Assembly: GCA_002269645.1 (NCBI GenBank)
Contig: NIVC01000277.1
Coordinates: forward strand, 1-64,000
Direction of reading: 5' to 3'
Source of the DNA: Macrostomum lignano
Taxonomy: Eukaryota
Length of the DNA: 64,000 nt
Each line of letters begins with the position of its first letter. Position 1 is the stretch's first letter. The position numbers and the translations under genes were made by a program. Below are positions 22,885 to 35,330 of the stretch, in pieces. The notes beneath the pieces are model-generated. The model saw nothing but the letters and a program-made list of their open reading frames with translations, ran no database searches and had not been told where the DNA came from.

Positions 22885-23339
22885 TGACAGTCAGATTCAA
22901 ATTCGGAAAAATTTGACAGGTTGTAAACAGTTATCCAATTTGTCGAATCCTCTAATTAAGTCATCACAATTCCTTTTAAAGTTCGAATGGTCAGAGGATC
23001 ATTGGTTCCGTTGTGCTTCGTTCGTATTAGCATGTCTTCAAGTGCCACATCCCTTATTTTGTTAGTTAGCTCGCAATTTAAATAATTGCATGCCATCTCT
23101 AGTTGTGGGACGATGAGCCAGTAAGTAGTATAGAAAAAAAGGCGAGCGAAGCGAGAATTTTTTTCTATGGTGCTTACTTTTGCGAAATCGTCCCTGATAA
23201 GATGTAACGTGGTTGCACACACTAAAAATGACGTTTTTCAACTTTTAAACGCTGCCAATAAAAAACGGTACGACCAATTTACAAACGGTTTTTGCCAAAA
23301 TGTGTCAAAGACCTAGCGCTATCGGATGCACAATAGTTG

Positions 23340-23376
23340 GTTGCTATGGCAACGCATTTTGGTTGCCATGGCAACC
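23340..23376. promoter_or_regulatory. Two RFX X-box-type palindromes
   Basis: GTTGCTATGGCAAC at 23340-23353 and the perfect GGTTGCCATGGCAACC at 23361-23376. Confidence 0.5.
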
Positions 23377-23569
23377 AAAAACTGCGTTTTTTCGACTTTG
23401 TCAAAAACTTTGATCTCAAAAAATAAGGATTGAGAATATGGCAGCGCTTAGCGAGTGGGCTCAGTAAACGCGGGCATTTAAACGCTACAATGATCAGAAA
23501 TGGATTTTTTGATTGTACTTTAACGTCTAGGCTAAAAGTACAAAAAACGTGTTTTTTGAGGTTGAAAAA

Positions 23570-25290
23570 TTGGCATTTTTTTCAACTTTGCCTTACCGCA
23601 GCGAAAAGGACGCGCTTTCGCGCGGCCTTTGAGCTGCCTCCTAGCCTTAAAAACACTTAAGGCTGTTTGATGCGCTAAATTTTTTTCGGCTAAAATGTAC
23701 TTTTCACATGGCTGCCTATCTGCTGTTTAAAAGTACAAATTTTTAGTGCACTTTTGTGAGGCCTATGGCGTCGAGATGGAAAACTTTATTTTTGCTGTTT
23801 TGCATACCAAATAACTCAAATAGATGTCTTTTAATCGGAAACATCGAGATTTGGCCGATTGGGCCATCAATAACCTGCCCAGGTGCCAAAGAGTGCCTAA
23901 AAACGACATTTTCGAAAAATTGGGTCACGTTTTTAAAAAGTAGTTCCAAAAAATAAGAAAGCGTTTTATGCTACGGTGTTGAGACTTTAACACAACGTGT
24001 CAAACATATGGAAATTTGTTTTCCTGAATTTTCTAAGCATTTGGACCTACCTGTGCGGAGCAGTGACCCGGAAACCAGGGAAAAAAGAGGCCGGGGGCTC
24101 TGCAGAAAATCAGACGTTGTTAAGAAAAATTTTTTAAAATGGGGCGAATTTTTTCGAGTGTAGTGTCAAATTGTAGCCCATCGGATGCCCTTTTGAATGA
24201 CATAAGACACTGTGGAAAAACCCCCTGTTAACAGGTACTTTTTACCTGTTAAGTGAAAAACGGCCCATTTGGGGGTACAAACTTTGGAGTGGAAAAATAA
24301 GAAATTTTGCGCACCGATTTTTCTGCATTTTCAATATTGTTTAGTCGAATAGCTAAAGTTTCACCGGTCATACGCCAATATGGCTGGAAAATTCGTATTT
24401 TTGAGCAAACTGCATCTGATTTTTAAAAATGCAATTTTTCGGCCAATTTTTTGTACATGTTTTTCAACCTTGCCCGTACTGCAGCGAAAAGGACGCGCAA
24501 TAGCGCGGCTTTTGAGCTGCTGCCTAATGTCAACAACACCTGGGGCTTTTAGATGCGCTATAATTTTTTGGGCTAAAATGTACTTTTGACATGGCTGCCT
24601 ATCTGCACTTTAAAAGTACAAACCGTTTGTGCACTTTAAAGAGGCTTATCCTATACAGATGCAAAACTTGATTTTTTCAATTTTTCAACCCAAATCACTC
24701 AAATGGATGTCTTTTATTCGGAAATGCTGAGATCTGCTTGATTGGGCCATTCATTGCTGCTCTATATGGCTACAAGGGTCAAAAACAGTGTTTTTGAAAA
24801 TTTGGGTCACGTTTTCAAAAAGTAGTCTCCAAAAATAAGAAAGTGTTTTAAGCTACGGTGTTGAGACTTTAACAAAACGTGTCAAACATATGGAAATTTG
24901 TTTTCCTAAATTTTCTAAGCATTTGGACCTACCTGTGCGGAGCAGTGACCCGGAAACCGGGGAAAAAAGAGGCCGGGGGACTCGACCAAAAAACCATATG
25001 TTGTTGAAGAAAAATTTTTATTACTGGGCGAATTTTTTCGAGTGTAGTGTCAAATTATAGCCCATCGGATGCTCTTTTGAATGACATAAGACACTCTGGA
25101 AAAAACCCCTGTTAACAGGTACTTTTTACCTGTTAAGTGAAAAACGGCCCTTTGGGGGTACAAACTTTGAAGTAAAAAAATAAGAAATTTTGCGCACCGA
25201 TTTTTCTGCATTTTCAATATTGTTTAGCCGAATAGCTGAAGTTTAATAGGTCATACGCCAATATGGCTGGAAAATTCGTATTTTTGAGAA
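23570..25290. repeat. Tandem duplication of an 882-884 bp non-coding unit (probable DNA-transposon terminal region)
   Basis: Matched anchors gcagcgaaaaggacgcgc (23599/24481), ggctgcctatctgc (23710/24593) and gtcatacgccaatatggctgg (about 24368/25250). Confidence 0.9.
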
Positions 25291-25739
25291 AGTTGGCTCC
25301 GAATTTTGAGTAGGCCATTTTTAGGCAAATTTTGAGCACATTTTTGCCAATAACTCTGCATTGGAGAGACCTAGAGACTCAAGTTTGGTGTCTAAAAATA
25401 GCACTACGAATGTACTGTGCAAAAAAATCAGTGTTGAATATTGACTCGTTGGTTAAAAGGTGGTAATATTTGTTTGATTACCTGTCTGAAAAGGTGAAAA
25501 TGCATAATGTGGCGTCTAGCAGCCGTAAAAATTTGTTGACATAGTTTGAAAATGCATTAGATAGATGCGCCTTGATGTTATCTCTGCAACGACGTGCTAC
25601 TCGTGTTTTTAGGTAAAGGCGTTGCGATGCAGTGAGCAGAAATGTTTATGAAAAAGCAGCAAAAATCGTAAAAGTGGCTACCATAGGGAATATTCGATAT
25701 AAAGCGCGTGCACTGTAGAGCTTCGCTTAAGCGAGAGAT

Positions 25740-25814
25740 GGATCGGGGGCGAAGGCGGTTGCATTGTAAAGTACATGTACCCGGGTTCGAATCCCAAGTG
25801 GACCAGGTTTTTTT
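25740..25814 (+). other. tRNA-derived remnant: B box plus Pol III T-run
   Basis: GGGTTCGAATCCC at 25783-25795, then CCA and T7; no acceptor stem. Confidence 0.45.
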
Positions 25815-26094
25815 CTATATTTAATTTTTTAGCAGGAACGGATTTATTAGTATTTTTAATTCTCTTTCACTTGAATATAATTTAATTTTAATTGTTTAAT
25901 TTTCCTTTCCTTCTATACCTTATTAAAGAGTAAGAGTGAAGCTGAAAGTGCGGCACAGATGATTTGTTAGTGCAGAAAGAATATTACGATACATATCGGC
26001 AAGTATGTGTTGCGTGGTCGCCAGAAGGCTTACAAGCAGTTTTAGCGTGCTAAAAAGATGTGTTAGAGGTGGGAAAAGTTGCGGAGGGGTTAGG

Positions 26095-26515
26095 TGGGGG
26101 AGCGGGGGTGTGGGGGCGGCAGCCCCCACGTTACGCAAACCCCACAACAACAACCACCCTCCCCAACAACAACGCGCGGGAGGGGTGGGGGAGCGGGGGT
26201 GTGGGGGCGGCAGCCCCCACGTTACGCAAACCCCACAACAACAACCACCCTCCTTAACAACAACGCGCGGGAGGGGTGGGGAGCGGGGGTGTGGGGGCGG
26301 CAGCCCCCACGTTACGCAAACCCCCAACAACAACCACCCTCCCCAACAACAACGCGCGGGAGGGGTGGGGGAGCGGGGGTGTGGGGGCGGCAGCCCCCAC
26401 GTTACGCAAACCCCCCAACAACAACCACCCCCCAACAACAACAACAACAACCCCAACAACAACAAAAACCCCAACAACAACAACCCCTTTTACAACCAAC
26501 AAACAACAACAACCG
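26095..26515. repeat. G-rich 90-bp tandem repeat (4 copies) grading into (CAA)n
   Basis: Each unit has G-runs and the hairpin GTGGGGG-CGGCAG-CCCCCAC; cccccac at 26123, 26214, 26304 and 26394. Confidence 0.95.
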
Positions 26516-27845
26516 CCTTAACAACCCTTTCTACACAACAGCAGAGTGGATATTCTTTTAATCTAATAAAATATTTATTATTATTATATTTCTACAGTTA
26601 TGTATAAACTTTGTTTAAATCAAATTGAAAATGTAGCCCATTAAGCTTCTTAGTTCTTTATACGGTATAGCCGTAAAATATAAAAACACAATATAGCGTT
26701 TTAATTATTTCTTAATTTGGGTTAAATAAATAGGTCATAGCCATAAACAATAATGGACGTAATAAATCATCACAAGTATTTAATTAATTAATTTAAACAG
26801 TTATGCTTAAACTTTGTTTAAATTAAATTATAATCAACTAAGCTTCTTAGTTTTTTTTAAATTTAAAATTAGGCCATAAAAGTTACAAACAATATATAAA
26901 CCATCGTCCCACCTTTGAAGACGACAGCGTCTTCATTCACTAGTCTTCTATTTGGACCATACGAGTCGTAGCTGTCAGTAGTAGGCTCCATTGACGCAAT
27001 TGCATGCGTCTGAAGAGCTAGAGCAGGCGTCTGAATAGTTTATGTGGTTTTGTAGTCTGCTGTGCTTGGCATTTTGAAGCTGAATTCTTCGTTCTCTTGC
27101 AGAGCATTTTTCTTTTAAATTTGTGCCGCAGCATCTGAAAAAGGAAACAAGGAATGGTTCCAGAACTGTAGGAGTATTAACTAAGGCAGATTATATAGAT
27201 ATTAGAAAGTAGTTTTTATTTGATTTAATTAATATTAAGAAAAAGTATATTTTTGATTCTTCATTATTTTAACTAAAATATTAAATTGAAATTTCTAAAA
27301 CCTAAAAAAGACTTTATTTAATGTAAGCAAGAAAAACAGCAAGAACAATTATTTTCATTTTTGGTTTTAAAATAAACGGAGCAGACCTAACACAGAAAAT
27401 GAAAAAAATGTATGAGTTAAAATTTTAATTCCTTAATTATGTTGTACAAGGGGAGCCTTTCTAAAATCACACATTTTTAAATTTGGATACGCGGATATGA
27501 AAAATGAAAAAATTAAGCATGAAACATGAAACATGAAAACGGTTTTTACTCATTGAATGAAATTATGAAAGCAGTCAACTGTGGCGGACATGTGCAAGTG
27601 CACCTTGGAGGCGACCGTTTAGTTGCCCTCGCGCCCACCTGCTCATCACGCCGCGTCTGTGCGCGGGGGGGGGAGGGGTCGCCCACCCAGCCTGAGCTAC
27701 ACGTGGGGGTTGGGGTTGACTGACCAACTATCGCGTTGGCCTATTTAAATTGATTGTGCGCACACGCCTGTAAGATCTTTTTGCTCTCCGCAAATGCAAA
27801 TTCAATCTGCACGCAGTAGCTACTGCCCGCTTCACAACTTTATTA

Positions 27846-28400
27846 TTAATTATTTATATAAAGTATTCGTAATTCGTCTACGGGACCATACGTATACCAT
27901 CGACAATTGGGACATCTTTTCGCGTTAGTTTCTTCATTATGCACACGTACAAAACATTTTAAACAAAATATTTGTCCACATTTCAAGTTACGTGGACCTC
28001 TAAGTTGATCCAAACAGACATCACATCTGAGGCCCGTTGAAGAGGTTGTCTGTTCCAACTCTTCTTGAGTACGAATCTCGTCTTCTTTTTTCTGTATCTT
28101 CTCTTTCAGCTTGAGATAGACCTTCAAGTTTTAAGAAATGACAACGATAATAAAAAAGTAGACAAAAATAAAACAAAACGAATTTCGAGCCTTACCTGTA
28201 TGGACTTGAAAACATCCGTGTTCCTTTTAAATGATTGTTCCATATCATAATTATTTATGATATCGTTGACATCCCAGTTCTTTAGATCACTTTTTCAATG
28301 TAATATTCTAGTTTTTTCGAAACGGCTTCTGTTGTGCCCGAGTATATTTGCACCGATAAGCACTCTCACTCTCGGTCAATGTGCCAGGCACTGCACTCCT
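27846..28400 (-). CDS. C-terminal RING finger protein, spliced, one frameshift
   Basis: CDVC..LKCGQIFCLKC..CPNCR (C3HC4 spacing with His replaced by Gln). Intron 28122-28195 (CAG|GTAAG..TTGAAG|) joins KSIQ-VYLKL in frame. Confidence 0.8.
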
Positions 28401-28535
28401 ATCCCTCCCGGCCTCGTGCCTGCGTCAACCCTCCCATTCTGTCTGCGTCAGACCCCCCCCCCAGCTGCGTCCACCCCACTGTCTGTATGAGTCTACCGGT
28501 TTTGGTTGGCTGCGCCCCTGCGATTGGCTGGCGGT

Positions 28536-28569
28536 CCAATGACGCAAAAGTAGAGCCCAATGACGCAAA
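28536..28569 (+). promoter_or_regulatory. Duplicated CCAAT/TGACGCAA motif
   Basis: ccaatgacgcaaa twice, 21-bp period, between the RING gene and the transposase. Confidence 0.4.
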
Positions 28570-28799
28570 GTGCCTCCTCGCATAGAAGCTCCGCCCTGCG
28601 CAGTAACGGAAATGCTTCGAATTGCTCGACTAGAGTCATGCGCTGGGGCCTGTGCACACGTTCATCAGACGTTGCTCGAAGGTGCTCTGAGGGTCACAGA
28701 AACAGTAATTTCGCCATTACTGCCGATCATGCCGACCGACGTGTCGGCGGACGCTGCGACTTCTCTTCCGAGTGATCACTATCATAGCCTTAATGTTGG

Positions 28800-30547
28800 T
28801 CACGAGGATCATTAGCGTCGCCGCAGGAATCCGGAGACGCTTTTGCTTAAGATTTACGACTTCGTTGGGTAGCTGTGCAGCTTTTTTTCTGTGCCACAAG
28901 AGGCAGCACGAGCCCTGTTGCTGAACTTCTGCCGTATTGCCAATATTTTTTTGAAATTCGCTGCTTAAGACGAACGACTTTTCGTGCCGATTTTAAGCGT
29001 ACGTTGAATTCTTAACCGCCAAAAACTGGCCAAGTGGTATATCAAAGTCGACCAGATTTGGAAATTATCCGATGAAAGCAGAAAATAACTGCATTTCTGC
29101 GTTGGTCAAATGCGGTTTACTGCTGTTGACATATTTGGCCGTAATTTCAGCCATAGTAGGCCTTAAAATTGCATTAACAATGGATTGGTCCAACTTCAAG
29201 TCAGAGGCAGCCTCCTTTGCGTTGGCCAATTTAATCCTCGCACTGTAAGTGTAGATAGTTATCATTAAACCTCATCAACAGGTTGAGTGGCCTTGAAATC
29301 AGGTGGAGCTGGATGAAGAGGATCCTGCACTTGGTAGGGTGGTTGAGGTGGTTTGATATCTTCTGCAGATTATCCACTATCATTGCCTGATATTCTTGTT
29401 TTAATTTCATTCCGTTATCGATTTTCAGCAATATCGCGAACTGCACGAGGGTCGGCAAATGTTTATTCAGTTGACACAGAAGTTAACTTCCATACATGCA
29501 TGCACATTCAAATGGGCGTGGCTTAGAAGAATGAAACCCCTCCACTGGAATGATATATGCTGTAGAGATCGGATTATCTTTTGTGATTTATTGCGCAATC
29601 CCAAGCTCACACGCGGGGTCAGTAACCCCTGCAAATGCAGATCCCTTGCAAGAGATGATAATGATGAAAATAGCTTTGAATAAAGATAGGTTAACAGATG
29701 CCAGGTGCAAGGCTTCTTTGCACCAAGAAAGATAGCAAAAATTAAGAAGTTTTCTGGCTGAAAACGCAAAAACGGTGGAAGATTCAAAATTTGAGCTTGA
29801 ACAGGCCACAAAGAAGAGGGAGAATTAGAGTACAAGCTACAGCCATCAGTGGAGAGATGCAAAAAGATTGTAATAACTTGGGCGGTATCATAAATTATCG
29901 GACAATTTTTAAGTACGTCTGTCTTGATTGCTTGGCTTTGGCAAAAATCAACCATGTACTGAAATAGAGACTCGATGATAATTTGAAGCTGGAAGCCTAC
30001 ATCAGAGTGTGCAGTATAATTTAAAGGAGCAGCGCAACACCTTTGACTAGCATGAGAAGAACGACGCTGACATGTAGAAATGGAACATGTTTCAAGTAGG
30101 GAGAAATGGCTGCAAGCCATCACAAGACGATCCATGACTCTTTTCACCATTCTCATGGACAGCGAACAAGCAACAAAGTTGGAAGCGAAGAAAGATTTCA
30201 ATATTATGTCCATAGTAGCGAGAGGAATGTCCCTATTAACTATCAGGAACACGAAAAAACACGCACAAAAACTCTTTGCGTGCTAAGTCTTTCAAACAGT
30301 CGATAGAGAGAATAGCGTCGGACTCTAGGCTTCCCTCTTCACCATGAAAAAGCCCAGATTCATCTAGTTCATCGCATTGCGAGTCCAGAACTAGGACGCT
30401 CGGATCTGGCTGCTCATTGTGGCGAGCCTCTCCAGAGTTAGACGCCGTACTAGAGCAGGCGGCCTCAGCAGGTTCCTCATCAAAGTGCTCCAGCTCGAAA
30501 TCATCATAAAGGCACATGAATGCAACCGCTTCAAAGAACTCAGCCAT
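28800..30547 (-). mobile_element. EnSpm/CACTA (tnp2-type) transposase, degraded
   Basis: LHLSTDGCSLYSNSPSSLWPVQAQILNLPPFLRFQPENFLIFAIFLGAKKP; TDPA; acidic N-terminus; multiple frameshifts and an internal deletion. Confidence 0.85.
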
Positions 30548-31137
30548 TGAGGGTTGAAGTGCTGCAAATGGTGTTTAAAACAGATTTTACTATTAACAGG
30601 TAGAACAGATATTTTCAGAGAGAATAAAAATTAGAGCACCATAAAAATGCACGATAGAATATTAAATTATTTTGTTATTTTAGCATCACAAAACCTATAG
30701 GTCTTAACATATTTTTAACGGACAAAGAGAAACAAATGAATCAATGTGATTGAGCATATAATGAAAAATGTGCACATGATGAATGCCTCTAACGTTTATT
30801 GATTATTGAGCTAATGTCATCAAAGTAATAAATAATGCCATTAACCAAACAAGAAAAAATAATGTGAATAACCAAACAAGAATAAATAATGTTATTAACC
30901 AAACAAGAATAAATAATGTAATTAACAAAACAAGGACAAAAATGCTATTAATGGTTATCTAAGGACACATTTGGCTAGTAATAGGCTATAGGAAATCGTG
31001 GACCTATTCAGCTTGCCCTAGTATCACTCTTGAACTGTGATGACTTGTGGCTTATTATAGTTTTAATAATTTTTTTCATCATCACTCACTGCTATTGATA
31101 TACAATACCAAGCAAAAGTCTGTTCTTTTGAAACATA

Positions 31138-31916
31138 TCAATACACTTTACTGTCAAAGCTATCACTAGGGCTTGGCATAACTAGCATTTGGGGGGGGGG
31201 TGTAGTCCAAAGGAAAATCATCCTGGACAGGTGCAGATATGGTTCAAGGGCAGGGCTCCTTTGGTGAGAAATCTGCTTTGTCCCCTCTAAAAATATTTTG
31301 GTCCTCCTGCAGAAAGGAGTCAACCCCAGACTCCAACTCCTTGGTTGCACTAGCATAAACAAAAAAGAATGAAAACATTAGCAAAAATTATAATAGAGCT
31401 ACTTGGTCTCATACATTGAGCTAGGGCAACATCCTGTGGTTTTCTAGGTGGCGTAGATGAGTACAAAGGTGCACAGGCACCACTCTTAGCATTAGCAATA
31501 AGGTCACAACTTGCACTCTTAGCTTTCTTAAGTGGTGGCTCCACAATCACATTGCCATAAGACTTGAACAAATCCGCTTCCTTCTGCCTTTCCAAAGACA
31601 TAGTCTGGCTAGTAATTGTCAAAGGAATGGCATTGAAAAGATGCGCCACAAAGAGCAACTAAAAGATCCCGTCAATTCTACAGAGTCTGCCACATCAGAG
31701 CTGCCTGAAGAACCACGAGACGAATCTGTGAAAAAATTTAACGATTTGCTGATGCAGCCCAATTGCCGAGTCCAATGAACGTGGTTTATTACCAGAGTAA
31801 AGCTCAAGCAGACATCCCGGATCGGCCAAAGAGAATTCGCCAACCTCGCCAGAGACTTGGGTACAGGACCTTGTGAAGTCCAAGTTAGCCTGGGCGAGTG
31901 TTGTGGCTTTTTGCAC
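31138..31916 (-). pseudogene. Probable decayed exons of a transposon accessory gene
   Basis: Short ORFs with coding-like composition upstream of the transposase on the same strand; no diagnostic motif. Confidence 0.3.
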
Positions 31917-32345
31917 TATTAAAATGAGCTGTACTGTCTACGTAGGGTTAAACATAAACAAATATTCGCAGTCAGCGCTGATTCTGAGCCCATGGCTCGA
32001 ATGAATTATTTTATATAAAAATATATGAGAACAAAGCGAAGAGCTTTAGGAGCTAAATAAAAAGCTCAACAATATTTAACAAACAACAAAGACCGCATCC
32101 TTTATCGATCACAACATCTCCCTCATGAAGAGTTCAGAGAGACTAGTAGAGAGGTCCATTTTCATCATAAAAAATCCCAAAGTTTTTTAACTCTCGCTGG
32201 ATAAATTTATTTTTACTGGATAAATACAGTATGTAATGGACGAGTAAATTTTTAAACCAAGTAAGCCGCGTAAATAGACAATGCTAAGACCGCCACCAAC
32301 ACAAAAAATACGAGCAATTACTGTCAAATAGTTTTTTTGTAGTTT

Positions 32346-33026
32346 TTACTCCTCATCAGAGTCCAGCTTCGGCAACTGCACTGCATCCTGCCGGTGCAGA
32401 GGCCAAGGAAGCTTCTGCTTGCTGCCACGACCGCTGTTGTCGCTTCCAGTACCCTGTAGACCGGTAGCCGCACGGATCTGATACCAAATCGGATCCTGCC
32501 TCAGGTCGCTATCTTGCGGAGGAATGCGCCCGATAGATGATGATGCCGCAGGTAAAGACCTCTCACTTGTAGCAATGAGTAGTGTCTCCCTTTCATCAGC
32601 ATCCTCCCCACTTGGTTGACGCTCTGCATGTCGCCCGCTTCCAGCTGATACTCTTCTTCTGATTTGCCCTTCAGCTAGTCTTCAATCCAGCTGCCCTTTT
32701 TCCAAAGTTCGAGCCACAGTGCAGGAGTTGCGTCTCAGCAAGTCTTCTGTGCAGTACTCGGGCATTCTCTTGAGCCAAAATTTTCCGCCGGTCACAATAA
32801 CTAGCTTATCGAATCCAAGCTTCACCGTTACGTTGTGCCGATGGACAGCAGAATGTACGAGATGTCGTTTGAGCTGCTTCAGTTTTTCCCATTTGTAGAG
32901 ATTCAAGTTGAAGCCAGGGATGCAGGGCTTCAAGCCTCCTTCAACGGGATAAAAACGCCGAATAGCGAGGAAGCGATGCCCTTCGTAGTCCTGAACTATG
33001 ATTTTATATCCGTCGCACAAATCCAT
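32346..33026 (-). CDS. PC4/Sub1-domain protein (ssDNA-binding fold), intronless, one frameshift
   Basis: DLCDGYKIIVQDYEGHRFLAIRRFYPVEGGLKPCIPGFNLNLYKWEKLKQ matches PC4 ([38 protein letters not shown]). A partial second repeat follows, then a low-complexity tail ending at TAA 32346 in another frame. TATATAAG at 33098-33105. Confidence 0.85.
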
Positions 33027-33329
33027 GTCTTTAGAGTTATTTAGATATTGATCAGAATAGCTGAAGTCGTTTAGCTATGCATTAGAAAAACTGGCCTCTT
33101 ATATATTATCGGAGAGGAGTGAGTGGCTGTTTGATACAGCTGCTTGTGGGAGCTACGTTGTTGGAATAATATAGAACCCTGATCATTTTATTCTTTTCAA
33201 TCCAAACACGTGCAACGTGTAAGTTAATGCAATTATCCCAATACTCCGCTTATAATAATATTCTTTATCAATCGAAAAAAACAGACACAAGTTCTGGTTT
33301 TGGGCTCATTAATTATGTCAGATATGCAT

Positions 33330-34060
33330 GGTAAATAGTTAACTACCAACAAACCAGCAAATTCAGCAGGGTGCTGCTAATCTTCAACCTGACCAACACC
33401 CTCGCACAGTACATTTGCGCGCTGGGCCTCTCCAATTTCTCCAGTTCAACCAACCCCACGCTCTGCCTTGCACCCCTGCTGTCTGGGATTTTGATGAGGA
33501 TTACCGCAAGCTCATGCACGATTCCACAGGGAGCCAGTGGGGATGCGAGCCACCTCAGCTCTATCACAAGCATTTGCACGCATCAACTAGTGTGCGCTTA
33601 CCCCAAGGCAGAGACCAGCCTGCTGGCCCGCGGCCCGTGTGCCTCAGCTACAACGCCATTGCTGGTTGCCAGAGAGCCTCCTGCTCTTACCGCCACATCT
33701 GCAAAGTGAAAGGCTGTGGGCGGCAGCATCGTGCCTATCAGCACCAGCATCCTGCTCAACTGCTCCGCGCTGATGACTCGCGGCCAATGCAGGAGCAAAA
33801 AAACTGAAAGAATCTTATAGTGCTTTTAATCATTCGCGTGAACAAAATTTTAACTCCTCTGCTGGTGATTTGAAGGCTTCCGCTTAGGAGAAGCTGTTGC
33901 ATAACGACCCGACAAGCAGTATTTGATGAATGGTATTGTTCACGGCTTTTGTCTGGTTAATAGTAAACAACCTAATATTACTACTCTGAGAGATAATTAC
34001 GCATCCGCTAGCCAGAATTCCGTCAAGGTGGAAGCTCAGCTTCTGGATGATCCCTGACTT
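33330..34060 (+). mobile_element. DIRS/Ngaro-type tyrosine-recombinase retrotransposon fragment (gag-like CCCH region plus RT N-terminus)
   Basis: WDFDEDYRKLM..W; CLSYNAIAGCQRASCSYRHICKVKGCGRQH; then PDKQYLMNGIVHGF...NYASASQNSVKVEAQL. Confidence 0.8.
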
Positions 34061-34109
34061 TGGTCAGGCTTGATCCCTGACTTTGGTGTACCCTGCTGGT
34101 GTACCCTTT

Positions 34110-34851
34110 AGTGCACCAACTTTACTGGCTCAGCTTTCAAGAAGTTCTGTAACCTGTTTGGCATCCGGCATACAACGACAACACCCTACAATCCGGCTTC
34201 TAACGGGCAAGTCGAGAACCTCAACAAGCGGTTAAAGAGTGTCCTCACCTGCCTCCTTGAGCGCAACCATAACGACTGGGACACCTTTCTCCCAGCCTGT
34301 CTGATGGCTCTCCGGTGACAGTTTTCACGCCTCACTACTTGGTGTTTGGTCTTGACTTCCGACTTCCAATCGACAACGCGATCAAGAAGCTGCCCGAGTA
34401 TCCCGATCTGCCGGAGTATGTCAATGACTTCCAGCGCTGTTTAGACGAAGCGACTGAGCTAGCCAAAGAACGCCTGCATCTGCATCTGCAGCTGCGCGAC
34501 GAGCACTATTCGAACCTGCCCGCCGCCAAGAAGCTCAAACCTGGTGACCTGGTTTTTCTCAACAACCCGGTGCTCGAACCGTACGAGGCGGCGAAGTTTC
34601 ATCGACCTCGCAAAGCGCTGTACGAGGTAGTCGAACCCAAGGGCGAGGTCGTCTACAAGATTCGCCGTAGATTGCTAAATCCGCGGGCCAGGCGCGACGA
34701 GCTAGTGGTCCATCGCCGGAATCTGCTGCTCGTACCTGATGCCGACTACCAGCTGACTTCAGACCCGGAGGTCGACAAGGCCAAGAAGCGCCGCAGGTCG
34801 ACTGAGGACCCGGATGGTGCAGAACCCGTGACCCTGACACCGAATTTCTGA
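34110..34851 (+). mobile_element. Gypsy integrase, C-terminal half
   Basis: TNFTGSAFKKFCNLFGIRHTTTTPYNPASNGQVENLNKRLK..WDTFLP..TPHYLVFG..KPGDLV..YKI..VVHRRNL. Confidence 0.9.
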
Positions 34852-34938
34852 CCAAGGATTTCATCGCTTCCTTTCCCATGTGTCCATTGTGCAACTCCAT
34901 GATAACATTTTTTATGTTATAATATAATTTTTTTTATG

Positions 34939-35330
34939 TTATAATACATATTTTTTATGATAACGTCCATAGAACTCGAGCATTCTCAAGAAACTTCTTA
35001 GCTCATTCGGATTTTGTGGTCTTTGGAATCCTTTTATCGCTCGAAGCTTCTGTGGATCAGGTCGAATTCCGTGGGTACTAACAATGAGTCCGAGGATCTT
35101 TACCTCTTTGCAGTAAGAGCATTTGCTTTCATTGAGCTGCAGTCCGTTCTGATGAAGCCTTGACTTCACTGATTATACTGCTGCGTCATGGTCAGTCAGC
35201 TCTTGATGCCGTGTGCACGATAACACCGTCTTGATAACTCTGAACACCTTCAAGCACATGCAGAATCAAGCCCATCGGAGTTGTTTTGTCTCGCATAGAG
35301 GCGCCTAACCGCAGTACCCCTGTGAAACTT
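34939..35330 (-). mobile_element. Gypsy reverse transcriptase fragment
   Basis: PMGL..VLEGVQSYQDGVIV (degenerate YxDD); LNESKC..VKILGLIVSTHGIRPDPQKLRAI..ELRSFL. Confidence 0.85.

Noticed and set aside
25740-25806. tRNA gene
   Set aside because: Only the T-arm/B box and CCA are present; no acceptor or D stem can be formed.
25923-26607. Several long overlapping ORFs on both strands
   Set aside because: By-products of the stop-free 90-bp GC-rich repeat.
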